From the NCBI GenBank assembly GCA_964016885.1, contig OZ024759.1:14074001-14138000 (forward strand): DNA of 64,000 nucleotides, in the 5' to 3' direction. Positions 1 through 11,800 of the stretch are shown here, in pieces; the first letter of the stretch is position 1, and every line of letters begins with the position of its first letter. Below the pieces are notes generated by a model, which was not told the origin of the DNA, did not search any database, and worked only from the letters and a program-made list of their open reading frames with translations. This DNA is from Eledone cirrhosa (taxonomy: Eukaryota). The position numbers and the translations under genes were made by a program.

Positions 1-413
1 GTAAAATGAAATGATATATATATATGTAACCATTGTCGTTTTAACATCCACTTTGCCTGCTAGCAAGGATTTAATGGATCTGTATAGACCAAGTCCATAC
101 TGAAGCAGGGCCACTGGTCTCCCAAGAAAAGGAAGTTATTTGCCACTAATATACTTGGCCATCTCAATGAAAAGATACACTTCTTTTATGTATATGTATG
201 TAAAATAGAGGGATGACTTGTACACAACTATATAATGTATGTATATAATATGCACACACATATACAAGTAGGATTAATGTAAAGTCCATTTGTTATCCTA
301 TCAAATTTTCTTATGTTTGTTTATGTAGTGGATGTATGTTGTGTGGTATTTGGATTGTATAGCAATTTACAGTTAATTTGTTGGATTCACTGAACCTTTA
401 AATAACATTATTT

Positions 414-1398
414 ATCACCTCTTCTTACCATCTAATAGTATCTTGTTTATTACCTCTCCTTACCATCTAATAGTATCTTGTTTATTACCTCTCCTTACCA
501 TATATCTAATAGTATATTGTTTAACACCTCTCCTTACCATCTAATAGTATCTTGTTTAACACCTCTCCTTACCATATATCCAATAGTATATTGTTTATTA
601 CCTCTCCTTACCATATATCTAATAGTATCTTGTTTATTACCTCTCCTTACCATCTAGTAGTATCTTGTTTAACACCTCTCCTTACCATATATCTACTAGT
701 ATATTGTTTAACACCTCTCCTTACCATATATCTAATAGTATCTTGTTTAACACCTTTCCTTATCATATATCTAATAGTATCTTGTTTATCACCTCTCCTT
801 ATCATATATCCAATAGTATATTGTTTATCACCTCTCCTTATCATATATCCAATAGTATCTTGTTTAACACCTCTCCTTATCATATATCTAATAGTATCTT
901 GTTTAACACCTTTCCTTATCATATATCTAATAGTATCTTGTTTATCACCTCTCCTTATCATATATCCAATAGTATATTGTTTATCACCTCTCCTTATCAT
1001 ATATCCAATAGTATCTTGTTTAACACCTCTCCTTATCATATATCTAATAGTATCTTGTTTAACACCTTTCCTTATCATATATCTAATAGTATCTTGTTTA
1101 TCACCTCTCCTTATCATATATCCAATAGTATATTGTTTATCACCTCTCCTTATCATATATCCAATAGTATCTTGTTTAACACCTCTCCTTATCATATATC
1201 TAATAGTATCTTGTTTAACACCTTTCCTTACCATATATCTAATAGTATCTTGTTTAACACCTTTCCTTATCATATATCTAATAGTATCTTGTTTATCACC
1301 TCTCCTTATCATATATCTAATAGTATCTTGTTTAACACCTTTCCTTATCATATATCTAATAGTATCTTGTTTATCACCTCTCCTTATCATATATCTAA
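414..1398. repeat. 39-bp minisatellite (a few 35-bp units), with a 4-unit higher-order pattern
   Basis: Unit CATATATCTAATAGTATCTTGTTTA(A/T)CACCT(C/T)TCCTTA(T/C); the overlapping ORFs show a 13-aa period. Confidence 0.95.
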
Positions 1399-1563
1399 TG
1401 AAAGACACTGCCTATGAGTTTCAAATTTCTTAAGTATTCAAGAATGTAGAGGGAAATAGTAATATTAAAAAAAAGAACTTGCATTCTGTTGGTTCGAATG
1501 ATGACTGTGCCAGTGGATACCATCAATGGCATAGCCTGCTATAAAGAACAACAAACATTTGTT

Positions 1564-1997
1564 TTAACCTTTTAGCATTTACATTAGGTGTAGGTAACAC
1601 CTGTAGACGTGTAGGTAACACTGTAAATGTGGTTGGTGTTAGGAAGGGCATCCAGCCGTAGAAAACCTGCCAAATAGTCCTATACGAGCGAGATACGGTC
1701 ACTCGACCAATCTTGCCTCAAGTGGGACAATTCCTGTCTAACCCATGCTAGCGTGGAAGAATAGACATTAAACGATGATGATGCTGATTATTCTATATAT
1801 ATACTATTGTATTTTTGTGGTAAAGGCTTTATCTCACATAATTATCTCGCATAATATCGAATCTATGAGATTTGATATTATTTATTTTGAGAACAATACC
1901 TTAACATCAGTGTGAAAATCCATTTATGACCAGTTTGAACAGAAAGAGGTGAGAGAATTCTGGTTGGATACAGCCTGTTTAAATGCTAAAGGGTTAA
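1564..1997. mobile_element. TTAA-flanked piggyBac-type MITE interrupted by a SINE fragment
   Basis: TTAA-CCTTTTAGCATTTA ... TAAATGCTAAAGGG-TTAA; a SINE 3' part with (GAT)n tail lies at ~1600-1785. Confidence 0.75.
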
Positions 1998-2583
1998 ATT
2001 ATTCATGTTTAAATTGTAACCTTCCAACATAATTCTATGTAAGAGTATTTTTCTTAAGTTATATATTTTAAACATCATTTTCATTCACAATGAAGTTTGT
2101 CATTTTTTTCAACCTTTGAAAGTTTTCATTATTTTATACAATTAGATGACAGGCAGTGTATTTTGTTAGAAATATGGTAACAAAAGAGTTTGGCTGGTGT
2201 CTTGGAATATGTTTGGTGTAAAAATGCATTTTTTAGAACATTTTTCCATCTCCATTTTTTTTTTTTCCTGGTTTACATTTGAATTCCATGAATTCTAAAT
2301 GTTTTTGTGAGAGTGCAGTGTTTATGTGTGACAGATCCAAATGTCCATTACAATTATTATATTATTCGTCGTCATCATGGAGATTGTTTTTTTTGTCAGA
2401 GTAAGTTTTAAAATGTTAACATAATTTTTAGGGTAGAGTTGTAAAACACTCAGAAATATATTTTTTAATAATTTGTAAAAAAAATTTTTTAAATTAAAAA
2501 TCTTTTTATTTGACTTTAATTTGTAAATATTTTATTCTGTTGCTTTATTCATTTATTTTATTTTTTCGATTTATTTAATTTAT

Positions 2584-3068
2584 TTATTATGAAGTGTGTG
2601 GTTAAGGTTTATTTTGGAACAGGAATGAAAACTAGAGTAGAGCTAGACAAAGAAAACCACATTTTTTTTACCTTACATTTCATGATATATCGGGTTTAGA
2701 CTATTTTCATTCTTTTGAAAAAGTGGCGCTAACCCCAAAATACAAGAGTCGGCTGAAAAGTTCATAGGCTGACCAAGATACTGTCATGGAATGACCTAAT
2801 AGTGTATATTTTTCAACAGTCCCTAAAAAGAAACAATGCAGTTATTAAGAGTTTCACAGCCCTCGCATCACTCATTCATAGTCAGCCTGTGAACTTTTCA
2901 GCTCACCCTCGAAATATCATGAAATATAAGATAAAAGTGTAAACTGTTGTTTTTGTTTTGTTTTGCCTGTCCAACTCTAGTTTTCATTCCTGTATTTCTA
3001 ACCTGCATTGTATCAGTTTTCTCAAAACAAACCCTAACCACATCTCAATGAGGACACTTCAAATAAAT
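2584..3068. repeat. Degenerate inverted repeat enclosing a mariner MITE
   Basis: ACAGGAATGAAAACTAGAGT vs ACTCTAGTTTTCATTCCTGT; CTTACATTTCATGATAT vs ATATCATGAAATATAAG; GTGGTTAAGGTTT vs AAACCCTAACCAC. Confidence 0.75.
2741..2913. mobile_element. Tc1/mariner-type MITE
   Basis: TIRs TACAAGAGTCGGCTGAAAAGTTCATAGGCTGAC / GTCAGCCTGTGAACTTTTCAGCTCACCCTCG. Confidence 0.7.
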
Positions 3069-3390
3069 CATGTTGCTATATTTATATAAAAAAAATACTT
3101 TCAGTGTAAAACTTTCTGAAAATACTGTTTTAATTTTAATTTTTCTGTTTGTTCCCTTCTGTGACTCAATTCTCTCTCTCTCTCTCTTTCCTTCCTCCCC
3201 ACCCCTTCTCTCTTTCTTTCTTTTTCTCGGGATGTTAAGGTTTGACTTGTCTTGTTATTTAGTGCTAATGAGTAATTTAATGCTAGCATGGTGCTTGGCA
3301 TTTAAGCTTCTTGGAGGAGCCCTGCTTAGAATTGATATTTGATTTGGTTGGTTGAAACAGGAAACTATATATATATCATATGTGTGTATG

Positions 3391-3421
<31 letters not shown>

Positions 3422-3951
3422 CATATCATATATATATATACATATATATATACACACTCTCTACCCACATGTATTGAGGGATTATTCAGTTAATGTTTGA
3501 ACTTTTTAAACACCCATTCTAATATTTTATATATGTGTGTATGTATGTATGTATGTGTGTATATATATGTGTGTGTGTGTGTGTATTTCATTGCGAGGTA
3601 ACTTTTACTGTATTAGCTCAGTTTCATTCAGTAATGAAACAGGACTGGTCCTGTAAGTCACCACTGAATGAAATAAAAGAACCCACTCTACCTGATGTAT
3701 TGAGTACGTTTCTTTGTGATTACCTCACCATCCTTTAATGGAACACCATTCTACTACACTATATATATATGTATATATAAAGGAGTAATATGACTGTTTA
3801 TCTCATTGGTAAGAACCCTATAAAAATACAAATTGAATCTGGTCTTTTCATCAAATACAAAAATACTAGATTCAAATTATAAATATTTCATTACATTTTT
3901 TATTTTACCAATGCGATTAATTGTTCTATTTCTGCTAATTATACTTTTTAT

Positions 3952-4013
<62 letters not shown>

Positions 4014-4139
4014 ATATATATTATACTTTGGGAGGGTCATGTTGCCAATAAGAAACAAATTCAGAAATATGTGCCCCAGCATGGCCTCAGCCGGATGGCT
4101 GGAACAGGTAAATGAGTAAAAGAGTATATATATGTATAT

Positions 4140-4732
4140 ATAACTTCGACAAAGTTTGCAATAGGTAGATTCTTAGTAGAGCAGCTTAAAATAAGATTAT
4201 TTCACTGTTAATCTGGCTCTTACCACAGTTTGAACGGTCAAAACAGTGTTGAACATTTTAATAAAACAGATGTATTAACCCTTTAGCATTTCCATTACAC
4301 TATCTTTACTATTGTATTTTCATTGTAAAGGCTTTATCTCACATAATATTGAATCTATGAGATTTTCATATTATTTATTTTGAGAACAATACTTTAACAT
4401 CTGTATGAGCAGCCAATTTGAACACAAAGAGGTGAGAGAATTCTGGCCCGATATGGCTGGTTTAACCCTTTACTATTGTATTTTCATGGTAAAAGACTTT
4501 ACCTCACATAATATTGAAGCTGTGAGATTTTAATATTATTTATTTTGAGATCAATACTTTAACATTGGTGTGAGAATTCTGGTCGGATATGGCTGGTTTA
4601 AATGCTAAAGGTTTAAAATATTCAATACTGTTTTGACAGTTGAAACTGGTAAGAGCGGGTTTAATGATGAAACGATCTTATTTTAGGTTGATTTACTAGG
4701 AATCTACCTGTTGCTAACTCTGTAAAAGTTAT
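4140..4732. repeat. Inverted repeat (~120-bp arms) with a MITE dimer inserted at its centre
   Basis: 4140-4260 (GCAATAGGTAGATTCTTAGTAG...GTCAAAACAGTGTTGAACATTTTA) is the reverse complement of 4613-4732. The right arm has GAAACTGGTA (4642-4651), resembling a hammerhead 3' half. Confidence 0.8.
4275..4616. mobile_element. piggyBac-type MITE, tandem dimer
   Basis: TTAACCCTTTAGCATTT start, internal restart TTTAACCCTTTAC at ~4461, AAATGCTAAAGGTTTAA end. Confidence 0.75.
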
Positions 4733-5192
4733 TATACACACACACACTCATTTGAACCTTTTTGCATGTTGCCAAACTTCCAGCTACAGCATGACTAAGG
4801 TTTTATATATTCTTTGCTTCTAATTTAATATTTTTCTTTGTTTGCATTGGTGGTGGTGGCGGGTGGGATGTTGGGTACGATACTCCAGCAAAAATGGAAG
4901 AACATTGGATAAATTGTTACGGTACTTGTTCTAATTCCTCTCTTTAGTTCAATTCCCGCTGAAATCAACTTTGCCTCTCATCCCTTTTAGGGACCAATGA
5001 AGGTAAATAAAGTACCAGTCCAATAGATGTGAGTAGGTGGGATGTTTTGCAGTTCTCAGTTCTGACTCTTGTGTGTTCTGAAATCAAATCACGCTTCTTT
5101 CTGCCAGGAATTTTTATCAGCAGATATCAGCGATGATAAAAACCAATGGAAACACTTTCCTTGGTCTGATCTAATGTTCAGTTATGTTTTAT

Positions 5193-5398
5193 TTAACCCA
5201 TTAGCATTTAAGCCGGCCATATCCAGCCAGAATTCTCTCACCTCTTTCTGTTCAAACCAGCTATAACTGACCACTTATACTTATGTTAAAATAAATAAAA
5301 TCAAAATCTCATAGATTCGATATTATGTGAGATATTTATGTCAGGTAAAGCCTTTACCACAAAAATATAATAGTATAATGTAAATGCTAAAGGGTTAA
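5193..5398. mobile_element. piggyBac-type MITE (opposite orientation)
   Basis: TTAACCCATTAGCATTTA ... TAAATGCTAAAGGGTTAA. Confidence 0.8.
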
Positions 5399-5581
5399 AC
5401 TGACGAACACTAAAATTTTGTTACAAATAATCTTTCTTGTTTAATAACACAAATCTCCATTTTTTTTTTAATATAGGTTAGCTTCTTTTCTAAATATTTG
5501 TTTTTTGTTTTATTTGTGTGGTTTTTATTTATATTTTCATATTTGTCTATCTGGTTTATGATAGGTTCACTATCCTTGTAT

Positions 5582-5859
5582 GCAGGGCTTAACTATGGAA
5601 AATAGCGCTTATGGCAAGCAGTGAAATGGCGTCCTTGCCCAAACAACACTATATTTTTATCTATGGTTTAATGATCCAGTCACCATAGTGCTTCTCACCC
5701 ATGATAATAAGACAGATCATACATCTGAAGAAGTTTCTTTTTTTACTCTCTGACGATAGCTTATCTGACTTTAATGGAAAGTGTTCCTAGTCCAAGTGGC
5801 ACCCCCCCCCCCCCTTCAAGTGGCGCCCTTGACACATGCTATATCCTAGTTATGCCTCT
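5582..5859. mobile_element. Degenerate hAT-like MITE
   Basis: Ends CAGGGCTTAACTATG / CTAGTTATGCCTCT, with internal TGGCGCCC-type subterminal motifs. Confidence 0.45.
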
Positions 5860-5864
5860 ATTTT

Positions 5865-6470
5865 ATGTATATAGTTTACAATAGGTATACTATATCCCTG
5901 TGTATATCGGTTTACATTAAGTACACTGTGTATATCAGGTTTACAATAGGTACACTATATCCCTGTGTATATCAGGTTTACAATAGGTACACTATATTCC
6001 TGTGTATATCAGGTTTACAATAGGTACACTATATTCCTGTGTATATCAGGTTTACAATAGGTACACTATATCCCTGTGTATATCAGGTTTACAATAGGTA
6101 CACTATATCCCTGTGTATATCAGGTTTACAATAGGTACACTATATTCCTGTGTATATCATGTTTACAATAGGTACACTATATCCCTGTGTATATCAGGTT
6201 TACAATAGGTACACTATATCCCTGTGTATATCAGGTTTACAATAGGTACACTATATTCCTGTGTATATCAGGTTTACAATAGGTACACTATATTCCTGTG
6301 TATATCAGGTTTACAATAGGTACACTATATTCCTGTGTATATCCGGTTCACAATAGGTACACTGTATCCCTGTATATATCTGGTTTACACTAGGTACACT
6401 ATCCCTGTGTGTATACAGTTTACAACACGTACACTGTATCTCTGCATATCAGGTTTACAATAGATACACA
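5865..6470. repeat. 37-bp minisatellite
   Basis: Unit TATCAGGTTTACAATAGGTACACTATAT(C/T)CCTGTGTA; degenerate at both edges. Confidence 0.95.
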
Positions 6471-7231
6471 GTATCAGGAAAGGCATCTGACTGTAAAACA
6501 TTCTCTTAAAAATAGACCCTATGATATGTGAAACCTGTTGTGTGACCTGCAAGACCAACCCTTGCTTTTGCAGAGAAAATAGCCATAAAGTGTTTGTTTG
6601 TGTTGCTTTTAATTGAAGCTCTATAAAGAGATAGTGGCTTTTTAAAGCACTAAACAATATCTGGAGATGTTTTGTTCTGTTTACCTTTTTTACATTCTCA
6701 ATTCAACTGTGGCCTTGATTGGTAGACTAAATGTTATCACCCAGTTCAACACTACCACATGGACAAGACATTGTCTTTAGCAGAGAGCATTCTGTCGCAA
6801 ACATTTAGGCCATGACCCCACTCTTTAGTAATATCTCTCAGCCTCCGACCAGTCTCGGGGGACCCTGATAAGGGTCAGAGTCACTGCTCTTAACTCTCTA
6901 ACTAAACAGTTTAGAAAATCTAGTTATTAGATTATCTGTTATCAGTTCTTCTTTTACTAACATCACTTGTGAATATTGTCTTTTGTTAATCAATTGTATC
7001 AACCCCGGCCTTGTCCGTGTTTTACTCATCTCGTTTCTATGAAGCCATTAAGTTCCGAGTGATAAGCACACGCACGCACAAGCACACACATGGAAACACA
7101 TTCACACTTACACAGACATGGACACACACACACATATGGAAACATTCATACTTAAACACAGACGTAGACACACACACACATGCATAGACACTCATATACA
7201 CACATACAGACATGGACACGCACACATGCAC

Positions 7232-7277
<46 letters not shown>

Positions 7278-7340
7278 ATGACGATGAAATGATATATATA
7301 AAGTGACAATAAGAATTGCAGCTTGTTATGAAACTTTATT

Positions 7341-7423
7341 TCATATTACAATTGTTTCTATATTGATCAGCTCCAGTTTAATCATCGAATCTTCACTCTT
7401 AATCGACATTTCTTCAGATATGA
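7341..7423 (-). ncRNA. Minimal type I hammerhead ribozyme motif (Penelope-like pLTR type)
   Basis: Minus strand reads UCAUAU-CUGAAGA-A-AUGUCGAUUA...UGAUCAAUAU-A-GAAAC-AAUU-GUA-AUAUGA. Stem I is 6 bp, the CUGANGA and GAAA cores are intact, stem II is ~10 bp with wobbles and one mismatch, loop III is the palindrome ACAAUUGU, and the cleavage triplet is GUA. The first stem II pair is an A.A mismatch. Confidence 0.65.
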
Positions 7424-7653
7424 GAGTTTACATTGCTGGTCCCATCCAAACTGTTGACATAGGTCCCATGTTCGTTTTATATATATGTTATTGGGTTATG
7501 GTGGGAGATGGGAGTGGGTAGATGGAGAATAGTAAATTACAATATAACAGATGTGATATTATAAAGAATTGTAAAGCTGGTCAGTGGGATTGTATTTTGA
7601 TGTCAGTATAAATAGCAAAATTGGAAAGAGTGAAAGGGGAGGAGAGGCACTGG

Positions 7654-7976
7654 TTAACCCTTTAACATTTGCATTATTTTATATTTATTATATTTCATCC
7701 TTATGGGGTTGATAAAATAATGCACCAGTAATGCACTGGGATAATTGCTGGCCTTGTTTCAAAAGTAGAAACAATTATTCTATATTTACTATTGTATTTT
7801 CACGTTAAAGGCTTTATTTCACATAATTATCTTCCACAACATTGAATCTATGAGATTTTGATATTAGTTATTTTGAAAACAATATCTTAACGTCAGTATT
7901 AGCGGCCGGTTACAGCCGGTTTGAAAAGAAAGTGAATTCTAGCCGGATACGGCAGTTTTAAATGCTAAAGGGTTAA
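7654..7976. mobile_element. piggyBac-type MITE containing a SINE 3' fragment
   Basis: TTAACCCTTTAACATTT ... AAATGCTAAAGGGTTAA; internal TTTCATCCTTATGGGGTTGATAAA...GTAGAAACAATTATT. Confidence 0.75.
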
Positions 7977-8289
7977 GTAGTTAGCAGGAATTCGAAGGTC
8001 AGCCAGTTATAATAATGGTTTCTACTTTTGGCACAAGGCCAGCAATTACCCAGTACATTACTGGTACTTTATAATAATGACAACAATGATTGCTAGGGCC
8101 AGTGAATTACTGAAGAATAATGGTAAACATACAAGGGAGAAGGATAAGGAGGTGGTTGTTGTGTTGTTGATGGTGAAGATGACTGTGATGCTGATTGTTA
8201 TGGTTATGATGATGGTGAAGTAAATGAAGAGGAAGATGGAGGTTAAGAGGAATGAAATGATGAAGGTGGAGATGTTGAAGATGAAGTAT

Positions 8290-8503
8290 TTAACCCTTTA
8301 GCATTTAAACTGGCCATAATTCTCTCACCTCTTTCTGTTCAAACTGGCCTTAACTGGCCCCTCATGCCAATGTTAAGGTATTCTTCTCAAAATAAATAGT
8401 AAAATCTCATAGATTCGATATTATGTGAGATAATTATGAGATAAAGCCTTTACTGTGAAAATACAATAGTAAATATAAAGTAATGTAAATGCTAAAGGGT
8501 TAA
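8290..8503. mobile_element. piggyBac-type MITE
   Basis: Perfect TTAA-CCCTTTAGCATTTA / TAAATGCTAAAGGG-TTAA termini. Confidence 0.85.
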
Positions 8504-8854
8504 CAGTTTGTTACCATATTTCTTATGACATAGTGGGATGAGCTTTTGGGCTTCATCCAACCCATGCAAAACATGTGGGAAATGGATGTAAAACAAGAAT
8601 TATAATTCATTCTCCTTCATTTGTAAAGGACTCATTCTCTCCCACCACTCAATCTCTCCTCTTTATTTGTGAAATTGGAGAACAAATTCATTGATACTTG
8701 AAATTTTTCATTAGAAATATGAAATTAACAAAAAGCTGTAGCTTCCAGTATATACTATGTATATACTTGTGGTCCAGTGAAACAGTTATATGCTGGTTTT
8801 ACATGTTGATTTATGTATGCACAAGTATTTACAGTATGTGTATCTATATATCGA

Positions 8855-8895
<41 letters not shown>

Positions 8896-10092
8896 AAAGA
8901 TACAAAGGGTGTCCTAAAAGACACTAGCCCATTTCAAATTATAATATATATAGTGACTTTTGGGCCACCCTGAATTTACACACATACTTCAAAGCCAAAC
9001 AAAATGGAGAAGGCCTCCATTGGGATTTTACTTTTTACTATACAAACATACATCATCACCATCGTTTAACATCTATCTTCCATGCTAGCATGGGTTAGAC
9101 GGGTTTGTCCCACTTGAGGCAAGTTGGGTCAGGCGACTGTGTCTTGATCGTATAGAACTGTTTATATATATAAATATAAAAATGGATTAAAATAACATTT
9201 ATTTCAATCATATTATACCATAAATCAGCTCAAACATGCTTTATACCGAAGTCTAGCTAAGAATGTAGGCTTTACATGTAACAGATTAAAGAAGCGACAA
9301 ACACAAACAAACTCCAACCAAAATTAAACAGAAAACATGAGTGGGATAGCAACATCACAACTAATAATTAAGAACAAGATGAAGACATACAAAGATGCAC
9401 AAGAACCAAAATAATAAAACAAACCACACACACAGATCGAACAAACAGCCAACTAGTGACAAGTAAATACACATATAGATAAATAAAAACACACACACAC
9501 ATCCAGATATAATGCATGCACAAACCAAATACACAACACACAAAAATAAGATGGTGTAGGACAGAACAAAGGAGAGACGCAAAATAACAAATCCGTCACT
9601 GAGGAGGTCACAGAATGTGTGACGAAAGAGCTTTGACAATATATAAACAACCATCTGGTTATCAAACCAACTAACCAATCAGAAATTTATAATAAATTGA
9701 AGTGAAAACCAATAGGTGCGTGTGTTTTTATTGGCAGCACGGCTCTCTCAAAGTATAACAATATCTGTTTCAACACACGTTTTCACATAAGAAATCTTGC
9801 AAAACAAATTCAGAATCGAATGTGTGTGTCTTTGTGTGTGTGTGTATATACCTATCACCTTGCGTAAATGTAAACATTGTTGTTTTTTTCGACAAGTTGT
9901 CTCATTTAATGATACAAAATAATAGGAATTGAATTTTCTGATAAATTTAGTCTGACTAGCATTTCTAGATCTTGTTCATTTGTGAGATAACGAAACATGT
10001 CAGTTGCATAATAAATGTTGATCCTCTAACTGTGATGTTGTCATATTCATGTTACTTATTACATTTTATATATATATATATATATATAATAT

Positions 10093-10128
<36 letters not shown>

Positions 10129-10196
10129 ATTACTGTTGTAATTTATACTAAACTCGTCCTAGGGATATATCTACCAAACCTTTACTACTGTGTATG

Positions 10197-10220
<24 letters not shown>

Positions 10221-10228
<8 letters not shown>

Positions 10229-10400
10229 AGGAAAAGAACAACTTCATTTGTTGTTCTAAACAATTTAATCTAATTTTATAATATGATTTTACAATTTGGT
10301 TTTGTAGATCTACAAAGCCAAATTGTAAAATCATCATATTATAAAATTAGATTAAATTCTTTAGAACTACGAGTGAAGTCATTCTTTTCCTTTTTTTAAA
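10221..10400. repeat. ~180-bp spacerless palindrome
   Basis: Arms mirror around GTAGA|TCTAC (10308/10309) out to TTTAAAAAAGGAAAAGAA / TTCTTTTCCTTTTTTTAAA; flanked by (TA)n. Confidence 0.9.
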
Positions 10401-10433
10401 TATACCTAACTGTGCCAAAGATTTCACACATTT

Positions 10434-10494
<61 letters not shown>

Positions 10495-11154
10495 ACACAC
10501 ACATGTATTTATGTATATATTATATATAATATACCTCTAAAAAAAAAAAGAAAGACAGCATGCTGATTAAAAGCTTGAGATATTCAGTGAAGACTTTCAT
10601 TGGTGCACGGAAGTTCTAGTTTTGTGTCTTCCATGTAAATAGATTTCTCTTGTTAAACGTTTCACATAAAACAATTGATTCCCACGTAACAACTTTTGGA
10701 TTATATATATCTATATATATATGCATGTGTGTGTATATGTATATATATATATATATATGCATGTTTATATGTATACATACATATTTGTATATATACATAT
10801 ATAATGTGTGCATATGTGTGTGTGTCTATATATATACATATATATATGTATATATATTCCATCTGTTCTAAAGGCAGCATGATCTCAGCATCCATTAGAC
10901 CCTTGATGAAGACTATACACACACCTGCACCTTTGCTCATTAGCATGTGTTGCATTAAAAGCATGGAATGGTGTGTGTTACCTATTCTTTCCTCCTGTCC
11001 CATTTCAAACAATGGTGTGACTTTCTCCTCCTTCCTACTATCAATACTTTACCCCAACCATCTCTCTCCACTCTGTCACCTCTTCCTTAACCCCAGGAGT
11101 AAATATATTTTGTTATCCTGCTGCTTATTTAGACCTTCTCTTTCTGTCACCCAG

Positions 11155-11391
11155 ATTCCCGTGGTGGTCTCCAGGCTCGGTGTAAGGATAAGCTACCCAC
11201 ACGTCTTTCTCTGGCCACCAGGGACTCGGAATCCTTTGAAGGAGTTACTGATAGTAAGATGAGCGAGAGCAGGCTAGCCACACCATCTACGGGAGACAGG
11301 CCAGGTTTACGAGCCTCAGGTTTGCCTCTGCCTATTGGAACTTCACACGATAACGCAAAGTTACGTGGAATTTTGCCTGAACAACGTCGAA
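11155..11391 (+). CDS. Candidate internal (cassette or alternative terminal) exon of the same CK1-like gene
   Basis: Acceptor TTCTCTTTCTGTCACCCAG at 11154. GC-rich 237 nt, stop-free in phase 1: (x)SRGGLQARCKDKLPTRLSLATRDSESFEGVTDSKMSESRLATPSTGDRPGLRASGLPLPIGTSHDNAKLRGILPEQRR. Donor CGAA|GTATGG at 11392. Its phase-1 end joins in frame to the exon at 26764. Read-through gives ...RRSMVPKHRP* (TAA 11415-11417). Confidence 0.6.
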
Positions 11392-11554
11392 GTATGGTTC
11401 CAAAACATAGACCATAAATATGATGGACTTTTTTAAAAGGAGGAAAAAAGACATTAAGATTTGTTGCAAATTTAGGGGAGAAATAAGACATCATCAGCCC
11501 TCTCTCTGAAAAACTTCTTGTAATATGAGCCAAATAGTTTGACTGGTTCTTATT

Positions 11555-11800
11555 AACTACTGCTACCATCACTGGAGAGAGCCTAAAATCTCTGTCACTA
11601 CAACTGTATTTTAACTTCTGTTACCATTGTGATGAAGAAAGACTTAAAAACTTTGTCATGTCATTACGACTGTATTTTAACTACTGTTAACCATCGCAGT
11701 GAAGAAAGACTTAAAAACTGTGTCATGTCACTGCGACTATTGTAGCTACTGTTAACCATTGCGGTGAAGAAAGGCTTAAATGCCATTGTATATTTTAAAC
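11555..11800. repeat. Degenerate tandem repeat, ~65 bp, 3-4 copies
   Basis: Recurring ACTGTTA(A)CCAT..GTGAAGAAAGACTTAAAAACT.TGTCATGTCA. Confidence 0.75.

Noticed and set aside
552-1433. Three overlapping 250-293-aa ORFs
   Set aside because: Products of a 39-bp (multiple of 3) minisatellite that is open in several frames on both strands; no splice or compositional support.
5720-5790. CTGAAGA and CTGACGA...GAAA hammerhead-like words (also near 6865 and 11863)
   Set aside because: No convincing stems I and II could be drawn.
11147-11572. 141-aa minus-strand ORF
   Set aside because: Most likely the antisense shadow of the + strand candidate exon, which has proper splice signals.
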